The notes under the pieces: model-generated
What the model saw: only the letters and a program-made list of their open reading frames with translations
Databases searched by the model: none
What the model was told of the DNA's origin: nothing
Shown: piece after piece, positions 42,067 through 51,647 of the stretch
How the letters are laid out: each line of letters opens with the position of its first letter
Position numbering within the stretch: the stretch's first letter is position 1
NCBI GenBank assembly: GCA_964594455.1
Contig: CAZQLY010000008.1
Span: forward strand, 42 to 64,041
DNA length: 64,000 nucleotides
Direction of reading: 5' to 3'
From: an uncultured Gammaproteobacteria bacterium
GTDB taxonomy: Bacteria; Patescibacteriota; Patescibacteriia; JAHIZJ01
Made by a program: the position numbers and the translations under genes

Positions 42067-43119
42067 ATGGATATTAGCGACACTTTTCCTATTATCAAAA
42101 TATTCTTTCTAACGGTTCTGTCTTTTGTTATCACAATTATTTGGACTCCGGCTTTAACTCACTTTTTATACAAGAACAAACTAGGCAAACAGATCCGGGA
42201 TGATAAATCAGCTCCAATTTTTTCAAAGCTTCACCAACGTAAATCTGGTACGCCAACTATGGGTGGGGTACTGGTTTGGGGTACTACCCTAATTTTGGCC
42301 TTATTGTTCTTTTACTTAGGAAAATTATTTGATCTGGAAATATTACGGGATTTTAATTTTCTAACTCGTTCAGAAACCTTACTTCCACTGGGTGCGTTAG
42401 TCGCCACAGCAATTGTCGGTTTGGTTGACGATTATCTCAATGTGAAAGGCATCGGGCCCTACGGTGGGGGGTTAAAGATCAGATATCGTTTATTAATCTA
42501 TACTGCCATTGCCGCAGTTGGCGCCTATTGGTTTTTTGTAAAATTGGATTGGGACGTCTTGCACATTCCTTTCTTAGGGAATTATGAGATCGGTTGGTGG
42601 TATATACCAATATTTATTTTTATTATCGTGGCGACTTCTTTCTCAGTAAATGAGATTGATGGTTTAGATGGTCTATCCGGCGGTACGTTACTAGCTGCGT
42701 TTGTAGCCTATGCAGTCATTGCTTATTCTCAGGGCCGGTTTGAGCTGGCGACTTTTTGTGGAGTGATTGTTGGCGCTCTGTTTGCTTTCCTTTGGTTTAA
42801 TATTCCGCCAGCTAGATTTTTCATGGGAGACACCGGAGCAATGGCCTTGGGCACTACTTTGGGTATTGTTGCTATGTTAACCAATACCGCTTTGCTTTTA
42901 CCTGTTATTGGTTTGTTATTCGTTATTGAATCTCTATCGGTCATCATCCAGCTTCTGGCCCGTAAGCTATTTAAGAAAAAAGTATTTCTTTCAGCTCCGA
43001 TCCACCATCATTTGGAAGCTGTTGGTTGGCCCGAAACAAAGATCGTCATGCGTTTTTGGATTATTGCGGCTGTTACTTCAACCCTGGGCATAATCCTTGT
43101 CTTGATAGATAAGACCTAA
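42067..43119 (+). CDS. mraY: Phospho-N-acetylmuramoyl-pentapeptide transferase
   Basis: KSGTPTMGG, NEIDGLDGL, FMGDTG and APIHHH. Confidence 0.96.
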   Translation: MDISDTFPIIKIFFLTVLSFVITIIWTPALTHFLYKNKLGKQIRDDKSAPIFSKLHQRKSGTPTMGGVLVWGTTLILALLFFYLGKLFDLEILRDFNFLTRSETLLPLGALVATAIVGLVDDYLNVKGIGPYGGGLKIRYRLLIYTAIAAVGAYWFFVKLDWDVLHIPFLGNYEIGWWYIPIFIFIIVATSFSVNEIDGLDGLSGGTLLAAFVAYAVIAYSQGRFELATFCGVIVGALFAFLWFNIPPARFFMGDTGAMALGTTLGIVAMLTNTALLLPVIGLLFVIESLSVIIQLLARKLFKKKVFLSAPIHHHLEAVGWPETKIVMRFWIIAAVTSTLGIILVLIDKT

Positions 43120-43122
43120 AAG

Positions 43123-43626
43123 ATGGCGGCTAAGAAATTATTAGTTTTTATTGGCAAACCTGGAGCTGGTAAAACCACTATTATAAAAAAAGCTTTTCCC
43201 GATCAGGAAATCATTGATGTATTGCCATATGTGTTTGCTTATAAAGTAAACGGCCGCGTTCCCGAAGAGAAAACCCTGGATGGTTATAAAGATATGTATC
43301 AAGCCTTGCACAATATGAGCCAGGCGTTTGTTATATTAGAGTTAGGCTCCAATCATCCGGAGTTTAATGTTGATCAGTTAGTAGAACTGCAAAAGAAATT
43401 TGAGGTCACGGTGTTTGTTTGCACAGCTGATGTTGATACTCTGCGTCAGCGCATCATTGGTCGGAAAAGGGGAGATGATATGGAAGCCATGGAGCGTCGT
43501 TTGCAGTGGAATACGATTGATACTTACATTTCGTTGTTGAAAGAAAATCACATTAACCACTATGTTTTGAATACGAATAAGGAAATTATTGAAAACATAA
43601 AAATAGTTAAAGAACTAATAGGCTGA
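43123..43626 (+). CDS. P-loop nucleotide-kinase-like protein
   Basis: GKPGAGKTT Walker A and lid-like LRQRIIGRKRGDD. Confidence 0.7.
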   Translation: MAAKKLLVFIGKPGAGKTTIIKKAFPDQEIIDVLPYVFAYKVNGRVPEEKTLDGYKDMYQALHNMSQAFVILELGSNHPEFNVDQLVELQKKFEVTVFVCTADVDTLRQRIIGRKRGDDMEAMERRLQWNTIDTYISLLKENHINHYVLNTNKEIIENIKIVKELIG

Positions 43627-43628
43627 CA

Positions 43629-44093
43629 ATGGAAATTATTCAAGCAGATAAATCCCACAAAAAACAAGTTTTGAAACTACTTGATGATTTTAGAACTGTT
43701 TGTGCTAACATAATTGAGCCTGGTAAAAAATTAACTTCCACGAGCGCTCAAGAATGCGGTTCAAAGATTTTTGAACAAGTAATAGATTCTGATAATTCGA
43801 TTGTATTATTAGCAAAAGATAAAGAAAAGTTTGTTGGCATAATTACTTTGAATAAAATACCTCAAATTCGGTGGGGTAGACATTGTGCGGAAATAGAAGA
43901 AATGTTTGTTATACCAGATTGCCAAGGTAAAGGTGTCGCTACAATGCTGATAGATAGCGCAGTTACTTGGGCAAAGAAAAATAAGATAAAGTGTATCAGG
44001 CTAGAGTCGGGCGTCGAGCTAAAACGAGCCCATTCTTTTTATGAAAAGTCTGGTTTTAGATTTTATGGACGTGCCTATGAAAAAATTATCTAG
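43629..44093 (+). CDS. GNAT N-acetyltransferase
   Basis: IEEMFV..QGKGVA and AHSFYEKSGF. Confidence 0.88.
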   Translation: MEIIQADKSHKKQVLKLLDDFRTVCANIIEPGKKLTSTSAQECGSKIFEQVIDSDNSIVLLAKDKEKFVGIITLNKIPQIRWGRHCAEIEEMFVIPDCQGKGVATMLIDSAVTWAKKNKIKCIRLESGVELKRAHSFYEKSGFRFYGRAYEKII

Positions 44094-44484
44094 ATCTTCC
44101 TGGCCCAAAGTTATTCGGGAGAACTGTATGGACTTTTCTTGGGATAACCAAAAGGTCTGGCAATTAAAACTTCCGGTAGAAAAAATGGAGATTAAAAAAT
44201 TAGACTGGCAGTTTGATCTACCGTTTTGGAAACACGGCAAAGTCAAATATGCTATTACCCCAAACCAAGTAATGGCCAATCCCAAGAAGTACCGTTATCA
44301 GTACGAACGTACAATGAAGTCTAATTTGAAATTCCCCGTACACATTGCTAAGAATAAAAAAGGCAAATGGGAAATGCTAGATGGACTTCACAGGCTGGTA
44401 AAGGCCAGTTGGTTGGGCTACAGGACCATCAAAGTAAAGAAAGTTAATAAAAAACACCTTAAGTTTATTCAAAAATCTAAGTAA
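44077..44484 (+). CDS. ParB/Srx N-terminal-domain-like protein
   Basis: PVHI....WEMLDGLHRLVKA..LG motif; start uncertain (44041 or 44077). Confidence 0.65.
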   Translation: MKKLSRSSWPKVIRENCMDFSWDNQKVWQLKLPVEKMEIKKLDWQFDLPFWKHGKVKYAITPNQVMANPKKYRYQYERTMKSNLKFPVHIAKNKKGKWEMLDGLHRLVKASWLGYRTIKVKKVNKKHLKFIQKSK

Positions 44485-44546
44485 TTAAATTATTAAACCA
44501 AACACTGACTACAAGGTTTATTTTTTTACCCAAATGCGGTATTATA

Positions 44547-45935
44547 ATGAAGATGAAACGCGATTGGAAAAACAAAAAGGTTACAGTTATGGGTCTGGGG
44601 CTCCACGGCGGGGGAGTGTCAGTGGCTCGTTTTTTTGCTGAGCAGGGAGCTAAGGTTTTGGTCACTGATTTACGCCATAAATCCCAACTAAAACCCTCCC
44701 TCGATAAACTTAAGGGTTTAAGAATTGAGTTTGTTTTGGGTAAGCACCGGGAAAGTGATTTCAGCAGCGCGGATCTGATTATTCAAAATCCCGGCGTACC
44801 CAGCAATTCTCCCTATTTGAAAATTGCTCGCAGCTATGATGTACCGATAGAAAATGAGGCTAGCATTTTTTTCTCATTAGCTCCATCAGATGTTATCGCT
44901 ATCACTGGCACCAAAGGTAAAAGTACAGTGACGACTCTGATCGGCGAGATTATTAAGTCATATAAATCAAAGACAGTTGTGGCTGGTAATATCCGTACTC
45001 GCGCCATGCTGGATATTCTGCCGGGTTTAAAAAAAGACACCCCGGTAGTTTTAGAATTATCGTCATGGCAGTTGGAAGGTTTAGATCAGCATCGGACAAG
45101 CCCTCCAGTAGCATTGGTTACCAACGTCTTGAATGATCATCTGAACCGATATGATTCGTTTCTGGATTATGCTAAAGCCAAATCCATCATTTTTAAATAT
45201 CAGACTAAAAATAATGTTGTGGTATTTAATTATGATAATCTGACCACACGGAAATTTGGTCAGCAGGCCAAGAGTCGAGTGGTGTGGTTTTCTACTAAAC
45301 CATTTCCTCGACAAAATTTAGATGGAGCTTATGTTTCTAAAAAAGACATTTACTATCACAGTAAAGGCGCCGATAAAAAAATAATGTCAGTCAAAGATAT
45401 CCAGTTAGCCGGAAATCATAATTTGCAAAATGTATTGGCAGCCATTGTTCTGAGTAAAGCTATTAATATTCCCGAAAAGAATATCGTCCGCACAGTTAAA
45501 CGATTTCAAGGAATCCCCAATCGATTAGAGCTTATCAGAACAATCAATAAAGTAAAATATATCAACGACACTACAGCCACAGCGCCGGTAGCTACTCAAG
45601 CGGCGCTGGAAGCAATCGGTGACAAAAAGCATTTGATATTGATTGCCGGCGGACAGGATAAGGATTTGGATTATAAATCACTGGGGCGGGATATAGATTC
45701 CAGGGTTAAGGCTTTGGTCTTACTTCCCGGTAATGCGTCTGATAAGATAAGGAAATCAATTCGTAAAGTTAAACTTATCGCCGTGTCAGACATGAAAGAG
45801 GCGATTGATTGGGCTAATAGTGTTGCCAAGCCTAAAGATATAGTGTTGCTTTCTCCGGCGGCCGCCAGCTTTAATCTTTATGAAAACGAATTTGCTAGAG
45901 GAGAGCATTTTAATAAAATAGTAAAGAGGTTGTAG
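44547..45935 (+). CDS. murD: UDP-MurNAc-L-Ala--D-Glu ligase
   Basis: GLGLHGGG, ITGTKGKST, LELSSWQL, DHLNRY and LLSPAAASF. Confidence 0.96.
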   Translation: MKMKRDWKNKKVTVMGLGLHGGGVSVARFFAEQGAKVLVTDLRHKSQLKPSLDKLKGLRIEFVLGKHRESDFSSADLIIQNPGVPSNSPYLKIARSYDVPIENEASIFFSLAPSDVIAITGTKGKSTVTTLIGEIIKSYKSKTVVAGNIRTRAMLDILPGLKKDTPVVLELSSWQLEGLDQHRTSPPVALVTNVLNDHLNRYDSFLDYAKAKSIIFKYQTKNNVVVFNYDNLTTRKFGQQAKSRVVWFSTKPFPRQNLDGAYVSKKDIYYHSKGADKKIMSVKDIQLAGNHNLQNVLAAIVLSKAINIPEKNIVRTVKRFQGIPNRLELIRTINKVKYINDTTATAPVATQAALEAIGDKKHLILIAGGQDKDLDYKSLGRDIDSRVKALVLLPGNASDKIRKSIRKVKLIAVSDMKEAIDWANSVAKPKDIVLLSPAAASFNLYENEFARGEHFNKIVKRL

Positions 45936-45939
45936 GGAA

Positions 45940-47088
45940 ATGCGCGATCAAGCCAAAACACAAACAGGCAGACATTGGCATCAACCAGATTATTTTTTTA
46001 TGGGGATTCTGGCTACGATTGTTATTTTTGGAATCATTATGCTTTCTTCGGCCAGCACGGTTGTTGGATATGAAAGTTTTGGTGACAGTAATCATTATAT
46101 TAAGCACCATTTAATCTATGGAGTATTGCTGGGGGCGATTGGTTTTTGGCTGGTGTCGCGCCTTGATTACCATATTTGGGAAAAGCTCTCTTTGCCGCTT
46201 TTGATTATTACCATTCTGCTACTCTTAGTGGTATTTATTCCTGGTATCGGTTTGGGCTTAAAAGGCGCCCATCGCTGGATCGACTTGGGAGTATTTACTG
46301 TTCAACCAGCCGAACTGGCGAAACTTACTTTTTTGTTTTATTTGGCTACTTGGCTACAAAAAAGAGGGGAGGGAGTAAAAAGCTTTTCTTATGGCTTCTT
46401 GCCGTTCTTAGTTCTGTTGGGTGTAGTGGCTGGCTTAATTCTTTTTGAACCAGACTTCAGCACTATGCTTGTTTTGGCTTTCATGTCGGTGGTAGTCTTT
46501 TTTATTGCGGGAGGAAATTTGGTTCATGTCACCTGGTTAGGCATAGCTAGTTCCGGATTGTTTTTATTACTTATTAAACTGGCGCCGTACCGAGCGGCTC
46601 GATTCACAGTTTTTTTGCATCCGGAAATTGATCCCCAAGGCATTGGGTATCATATTAATCAGGCTTTGTTAGCCATTGGTTCGGGTGGAATCTTTGGTTT
46701 GGGATTGGGACGTTCGCGGCAGAAGTTTAATTATTTACCTGAAGCAGCCGGTGATTCCATTTTTGCTGTAATTGCTGAAGAGCTGGGTTTTATTTTTGCG
46801 CTAATATTGATCAGCCTCTTTGCCGTCTTGATGGTGCGAGGCTTTAAGATCGCCCGACAAGTCCCCGACTCTTTTGGTAAATACTTGGCTGTTGGAATCA
46901 TTACCTGGATAAGTTTCCAAGCCTTTTTTAACATTGCTGCCATGGTGGGTTTAGTTCCTCTGACTGGTATTCCTTTGCCGTTTATCAGCCATGGTGGTTC
47001 GGCGGTAGCAGTTTCTTTGACCGCCATGGGCATTGTGGCTAACATATCAAAACAAACAAAACTAGCTGCTGAGCCGTCAAGACGTTAG
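45940..47088 (+). CDS. ftsW: SEDS peptidoglycan polymerase FtsW
   Basis: GAHRWI, QPAELAK and PLTGIPLPFISHGGS; dcw position. Confidence 0.93.
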   Translation: MRDQAKTQTGRHWHQPDYFFMGILATIVIFGIIMLSSASTVVGYESFGDSNHYIKHHLIYGVLLGAIGFWLVSRLDYHIWEKLSLPLLIITILLLLVVFIPGIGLGLKGAHRWIDLGVFTVQPAELAKLTFLFYLATWLQKRGEGVKSFSYGFLPFLVLLGVVAGLILFEPDFSTMLVLAFMSVVVFFIAGGNLVHVTWLGIASSGLFLLLIKLAPYRAARFTVFLHPEIDPQGIGYHINQALLAIGSGGIFGLGLGRSRQKFNYLPEAAGDSIFAVIAEELGFIFALILISLFAVLMVRGFKIARQVPDSFGKYLAVGIITWISFQAFFNIAAMVGLVPLTGIPLPFISHGGSAVAVSLTAMGIVANISKQTKLAAEPSRR

Positions 47089-47091
47089 TGT

Positions 47092-47120
47092 TTGACGTAG
47101 CTCTGAGCAATGGGTATAGT
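47092..47120 (+). promoter_or_regulatory. Internal sigma70-type promoter for murG, probably leaderless
   Basis: TTGACG-17 nt-TATAGT ending 6 nt before the ATG at 47127. Confidence 0.6.
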
Positions 47121-47126
47121 TGAGTT

Positions 47127-48212
47127 ATGAAAATTCTTTTAGCTGGCGGGGGGACCGGTGGTTCAGTAACGCCATTATTAGCAGTTGCCAAAGAGATACG
47201 GGAAAGAAGCCCTGAGGCTGATTTTTTGTTTTTAGGTACTCGGAGCGGTCCTGAAGAAAATATGGTTAAGTTTGAGCACATGGAGTTTGATACAATTTCA
47301 GCCGGCAAGTTGAGGCGGTATAGATCATGGCATAATTTGTTTGATATTTTTTTAATTATTCATGGATTTTTTCAAGCCCTATTGCGTCTCAGGTTATATA
47401 AACCAGATGTGATATTTGCTGCTGGCAGTTACGTCAGTGTGCCGGTTATCTGGGCGGGCTGGTTTTTACGCATACCGTCTCTGATTCATCAGCAAGATAT
47501 CAGACCAGGTCTGGCAAATAGATTAGTCCAGGGTATGGCTACAAAGATTAGCGTAACTTTTGAAGATTCGTTGGATGATTTTCCTAGAAAAAAATCTATC
47601 TGGACCGGCAATCCCATCCGAGAAGATATTTTGTCCAGTGACAGAAAAAGGGGCCAAGCTTTATTTGGACTTGAGCCAGAACTTCCTACTGTGCTGGTTT
47701 TTGGCGGGGGGGCAGGGTCTCAACGCATCAACGACTTGATGATGCAGGCTGTTCTTAAATTAACAAAATCGTGCCAGATATTGCATATTTACGGAAAACG
47801 AAAATCAATTTATAAAATAAACGATTCTCGGTATCATGGCTACCAATTTTTATCTGAGGAAATGGATGATGCTTACGCCGTAGCTGATATTGTGGTTTGC
47901 CGAGCCGGTTTGGGGAGCTTAACTGAGATAGCTGCTTTAGGAAAAGCGGCCGTTATTATTCCCATGCCCGATACCCATCAAGTTGAAAATGCAGATATTT
48001 ACAAAAAAGCCAATGCCGCTGTAGTATTAGATGAACCAGGGCTGGATAGCGACTTTTTGGTTAATGTAATTTCAGGCCTAATGGCCAATGATGAGTGGCG
48101 CCGAATAATGCAGAAAAATATTGAGAGCTTAGTAAAAATTGATGCGCGAAAAGCTATTTCAGATATAATAATTTCGCTGGTAAAAAAACAAGATGGATCT
48201 CAAAACAGCTAA
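47127..48212 (+). CDS. murG: Lipid II GlcNAc transferase
   Basis: AGGGTGGS, TGNPIR, FGGGAGS, CRAG and HQVENA. Confidence 0.95.
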   Translation: MKILLAGGGTGGSVTPLLAVAKEIRERSPEADFLFLGTRSGPEENMVKFEHMEFDTISAGKLRRYRSWHNLFDIFLIIHGFFQALLRLRLYKPDVIFAAGSYVSVPVIWAGWFLRIPSLIHQQDIRPGLANRLVQGMATKISVTFEDSLDDFPRKKSIWTGNPIREDILSSDRKRGQALFGLEPELPTVLVFGGGAGSQRINDLMMQAVLKLTKSCQILHIYGKRKSIYKINDSRYHGYQFLSEEMDDAYAVADIVVCRAGLGSLTEIAALGKAAVIIPMPDTHQVENADIYKKANAAVVLDEPGLDSDFLVNVISGLMANDEWRRIMQKNIESLVKIDARKAISDIIISLVKKQDGSQNS

Positions 48213-49557
48213 AAAAATATATTGCATTGGCGTCGGGGGAATTGGAGTCTCTGGAGTGGCTCGGATTTTGCATTGGCAGGGGAAGAGTGTTGCTGGTTCT
48301 GATCAATTCCGTAGCCCCATAACTGAACAGCTTAAGCAGTTGGGCATTCAGATAGAGATCGGGCAGCCTCAAGCTAAACACGTTCCCAAAAATACTGAAT
48401 TGGTAATCCATAGCGTGGCCGTTCCTGAGGATCATCCTGAATTAGTAGCTGCCCAGAAAATGGGAGCCGTATCATTGACCTACCCGCAGGCACTAAGCGA
48501 ATTGACTGAAGGAAAAAAATTGATAACTGTTTCCGGCACTCATGGTAAGACTACCACTACAGCCTTGGTGGGAAAATTACTGGCGGATGCCGGTTTTGAT
48601 CCAACAGTTATCGTTGGGAGCTTGGTGCCCGACTTTGAGGGGAACGCTCGATTGGGTAAGAGTGACTATTATGTTATTGAGGCTGATGAATATGGACGGG
48701 CTTTTTTGCATTACCAACCGACTATCGCAATAGTCACAAACATTGAAGCTGATCATTTAGATGTTTATAAAGACATTAAGGATATCAAAGAGACATTTGG
48801 TAAATTTTTGAAGAATGTCGATAAAGATGGTTGTATTATCGCCAACGCCGAAAGCAAATCTGTCTCTGAAGTAGTAAAAGGCAGCCCGGTTTCAGTGGTA
48901 ACATACGGTCTGAACAAGGGAGAGTACCATGCAGAAGACATGTCATTGGGATCAAAAACACAGTTTGTGGAATCACACATCGGTAAAGTAAATTTGGGTA
49001 TTCCTGGCAAGCATAATGTAGAGAACGCTTTGGCGACTATTGCTTGCGGATTTGTGTTAGGAATAAAACCGGGAGTTATTAGGCGAACTTTGACTAATTT
49101 TCAAGGGACTTGGCGCCGATTTGAACAGGTAGGCTTGTTTAAAGATAAACCGGTAATTTCTGATTACGCTCACCACCCGACTGAAATAATAGCCACCCTA
49201 GAAACCGCTCGTCAGGTTTTCTCTGGAAAAAAGATATTGACGGTATTTCAACCTCATCACCATAACCGGACTAAAAAACTATTCAAAGAATTCGTAAAAT
49301 CTTTTGATCAAACTGATGGTCTGATTATTTCCGAGATATACGATGTTATCGGCAGGGAAGAGTTAGCTGATCAGTCTGTAACATCACAGCAGTTAGTGGA
49401 CGAGATAGACGCCAGAAATCAACAGGTGGATTATGCCAAAGACCTTGATGATGCTCTGAAACTAACCAAAGAAAAATCTAAAGACTTTGATGTCATAATA
49501 ATTATGGGTGCGGGTACCATTGATGAAGTAGCCAGACAATTAACAACAAAAAAATGA
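48193..49557 (+). CDS. murC: UDP-MurNAc--L-Ala ligase
   Basis: GVGGIGVS, GTHGKTTT, EADE, DYAHHPTE and MGAG. Confidence 0.96.
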   Translation: MDLKTAKKIYCIGVGGIGVSGVARILHWQGKSVAGSDQFRSPITEQLKQLGIQIEIGQPQAKHVPKNTELVIHSVAVPEDHPELVAAQKMGAVSLTYPQALSELTEGKKLITVSGTHGKTTTTALVGKLLADAGFDPTVIVGSLVPDFEGNARLGKSDYYVIEADEYGRAFLHYQPTIAIVTNIEADHLDVYKDIKDIKETFGKFLKNVDKDGCIIANAESKSVSEVVKGSPVSVVTYGLNKGEYHAEDMSLGSKTQFVESHIGKVNLGIPGKHNVENALATIACGFVLGIKPGVIRRTLTNFQGTWRRFEQVGLFKDKPVISDYAHHPTEIIATLETARQVFSGKKILTVFQPHHHNRTKKLFKEFVKSFDQTDGLIISEIYDVIGREELADQSVTSQQLVDEIDARNQQVDYAKDLDDALKLTKEKSKDFDVIIIMGAGTIDEVARQLTTKK

Positions 49558-50441
49558 AACACGATGAAATACTAAACAAATTACCGGGAACTCTTGCCAA
49601 CGAGCCAATGTCAAAACATTGCACTTATCGGATAGGGGGTCCAGCCAAATATTATTATGCCGCCAAAACCACTGATCAGTTCGTCCAGGCGGTAAGATTG
49701 GCTCGAGAAAATAAAATACCTTTGTTTATTTTGGGTAAGGGTAGTAATATACTTGTTTCGGACAAAGGATTTGCTGGTTTAGTTTTACACAATGAAGTGA
49801 CTGAGAGGAGTCAAGAAGGGGATGAAGTGAAAGTAACTGCCGGAGCCTCGTTGGTTGAATTTTCTTTATGGACTATCAGTCAGGGGTTGGCTGGATTAGA
49901 GTTTTCATCTGGCATTCCTGGTTCAGTGGGCGGGGGTATCAGAGGGAATGCTGGCGCCTTTGGCTCAGAAATGAAAGATTACATAAATAATGTTTTGGTA
50001 TTGACCCCTGAAAGCGAAGTCAAAGAATTTGGCAATGAGGAGTGCCAGTTTGGATATCGAGATAGCATTTTTAAGCATTCTGACAACTTGGTACTGGAAG
50101 CTACTTTTGGATTGAAACCCGGCAATAAGAAGGAAAGCCTGGCTTTGGTGAAACAGTTCAACGAACAGCGACGTTCCAAGCAGGATTATTCCATACCGTC
50201 GGCTGGTTGTACATTCAAGAATATTCCAGGTAATCCAGCCGCCAAGATGATTGATGAGTTGGGCTTGAAGGGAACGCGAATAGGGGATGCCATGATTTCT
50301 AATACCCATGCAAACTTCATAGTCAATGTGGGAGAGGCCCGGGCCAGCGATGTTCTGGAGCTTATTGGCATGATTCAACAGAAAGTTAAAGACAAATATA
50401 ATATTGACCTAGAAACGGAAATACAGATGGTTGGATTTTAG
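49554..50441 (+). CDS. murB: UDP-N-acetylenolpyruvoylglucosamine reductase
   Basis: YRIGGPA, GIPGSVGG..GNAGAFG, SAGCTFKN and HANFIVN. Confidence 0.96.
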   Translation: MKHDEILNKLPGTLANEPMSKHCTYRIGGPAKYYYAAKTTDQFVQAVRLARENKIPLFILGKGSNILVSDKGFAGLVLHNEVTERSQEGDEVKVTAGASLVEFSLWTISQGLAGLEFSSGIPGSVGGGIRGNAGAFGSEMKDYINNVLVLTPESEVKEFGNEECQFGYRDSIFKHSDNLVLEATFGLKPGNKKESLALVKQFNEQRRSKQDYSIPSAGCTFKNIPGNPAAKMIDELGLKGTRIGDAMISNTHANFIVNVGEARASDVLELIGMIQQKVKDKYNIDLETEIQMVGF

Positions 50442-50449
50442 TATTTGAT

Positions 50450-50578
50450 AAAGGCTAACGCCTTTGTTCTTTTGGCAGCAAAAGAACCAAAACTGCCGGG
50501 GGTAAAATTCGCTCTCATTTCATAGCAACTATTTATCATATACCTGGCGCTCAGGTTTACCCCCGGACCCCCCCGCGC
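50450..50578. repeat. Structured intergenic element with nested hairpins and a possible pseudoknot
   Basis: GTTCTTTT/AAAAGAAC hairpin whose loop GGCAG matches CTGCC (50493-50497); 11-bp inverted repeat CCGGGGGTAAA/TTTACCCCCGG. Confidence 0.55.
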
Positions 50579-50601
50579 ATTTTCATGTTTTTACCATAAG
50601 G

Positions 50602-50636
50602 AAAGCCACCCTGGCTGTGAAAGCTTGGGTGGCTTT
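50602..50636. terminator. Intrinsic terminator, possibly bidirectional
   Basis: AAAGCCACCC...GGGTGGCTTT stem between murB and a convergent small ORF. Confidence 0.7.
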
Positions 50637-50649
50637 TGGATGCCCGAGG

Positions 50650-50847
50650 CTAGCTGGCCCGGGCAATCGGCGACGTGGTCGAGGTGACCAGCTTGAGTGA
50701 AGACGGAGATGCGTTCCGCGGGCGACGGGGCGGCTTGTTTCCCCGGTCTCTCTTGTCGCGGGCCAAGACCGGCCTCATCACGCTGTTGACGTCGGCATCC
50801 ATCTTACGATGAATGTACGTACAGATTCTGCTGGTACGCTTACTCAT
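50650..50847 (-). CDS. Small basic orphan protein (65 aa)
   Basis: SD-like AGGGGG 7 nt before ATG, with its own promoter and terminator. Confidence 0.55.
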   Translation of the reverse strand: MSKRTSRICTYIHRKMDADVNSVMRPVLARDKRDRGNKPPRRPRNASPSSLKLVTSTTSPIARAS

Positions 50848-50926
50848 GAATCAACCCCCTAACATCAGGTCCCTTGATGCTTACCCCTTAGGATGCAGCG
50901 CTTCGTTGTAAATAAAAGAACCGGAA

Positions 50927-50955
50927 ATATTAGCACAGAAAAATTAATTTGTCAA
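50927..50955 (-). promoter_or_regulatory. Near-consensus sigma70 promoter for the 65-aa ORF
   Basis: TTGACA-17 nt-TAATAT with TG extension. Confidence 0.7.
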
Positions 50956-51079
50956 CCCTTGTAATATTTCAAATATGATTATTTTGGGTTGTTTTTTTTA
51001 TTGACCCACAAGATGTTGTAATGATTCCTAAATTTTATAAAAAAGCTTGACCCGTTAGGGGTAAATCTGGTGTAGCAAA

Positions 51080-51170
51080 GTGTTGACCAGTGTGTTGAAG
51101 TGGTGTAAAATGGTAATAGAGTGGTAAAAAGTGGATAAATGTGGGGATAACCATTCAAGTGAGTGGATAA
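51080..51170 (+). promoter_or_regulatory. MraZ operator repeats with overlapping DnaA-box-like sites
   Basis: GTGG at 51121, 51131 and 51141 (10-bp period), more GTGG-like units at 51080-51113, and AGTGGATAA at 51130 and 51162. Confidence 0.75.
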
Positions 51171-51199
51171 CACTATTTAGTTTGTTTACACCATAGCAA

Positions 51200-51631
51200 A
51201 TGTTTGTAGGAGAATATCATCACAATATAGACGACAAAGGACGCTTAGCGGTCCCGATCAAATTTCGAGGGGATTTAGCTAAAGGCGCGGTGGTTACCAG
51301 AGGATTGGATAACTGTTTGTTCTTATATACAAAAGAGGAATGGCAGAAACTAGCCGATCAATTGGCTAAATTACCGATTAGCAAGGCTAATACTAGAGCC
51401 TTTGCCCGTTTAATGCTGGCTGGAGCTATGGAAGTTGAAATAGATAAGCAGGGAAGAGTAATATTGCCAGACTATCTCAGAAAATATGCCACTATCAAGA
51501 AAAAGGTTGTGGTGGCCGGACTTTATAACAGATTAGAAATCTGGGACACTCTGGCCTGGAATAAATACAAGCAGGGGACGGAAAAGAATTCTAGCGATAT
51601 AGCTGAAGCCATGGGTGAATTGGGAGTTTAA
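51200..51631 (+). CDS. mraZ: Transcriptional regulator MraZ
   Basis: GEYHHNIDDKGRL and IDKQGRVILP. Confidence 0.97.
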   Translation: MFVGEYHHNIDDKGRLAVPIKFRGDLAKGAVVTRGLDNCLFLYTKEEWQKLADQLAKLPISKANTRAFARLMLAGAMEVEIDKQGRVILPDYLRKYATIKKKVVVAGLYNRLEIWDTLAWNKYKQGTEKNSSDIAEAMGELGV

Positions 51632-51647
51632 TCCCAATAATCAAAAT

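Noticed and set aside
51130-51170. Replication origin
   Set aside because: Only two or three imperfect DnaA-like boxes, embedded in MraZ repeats, with no dnaA or dnaN nearby
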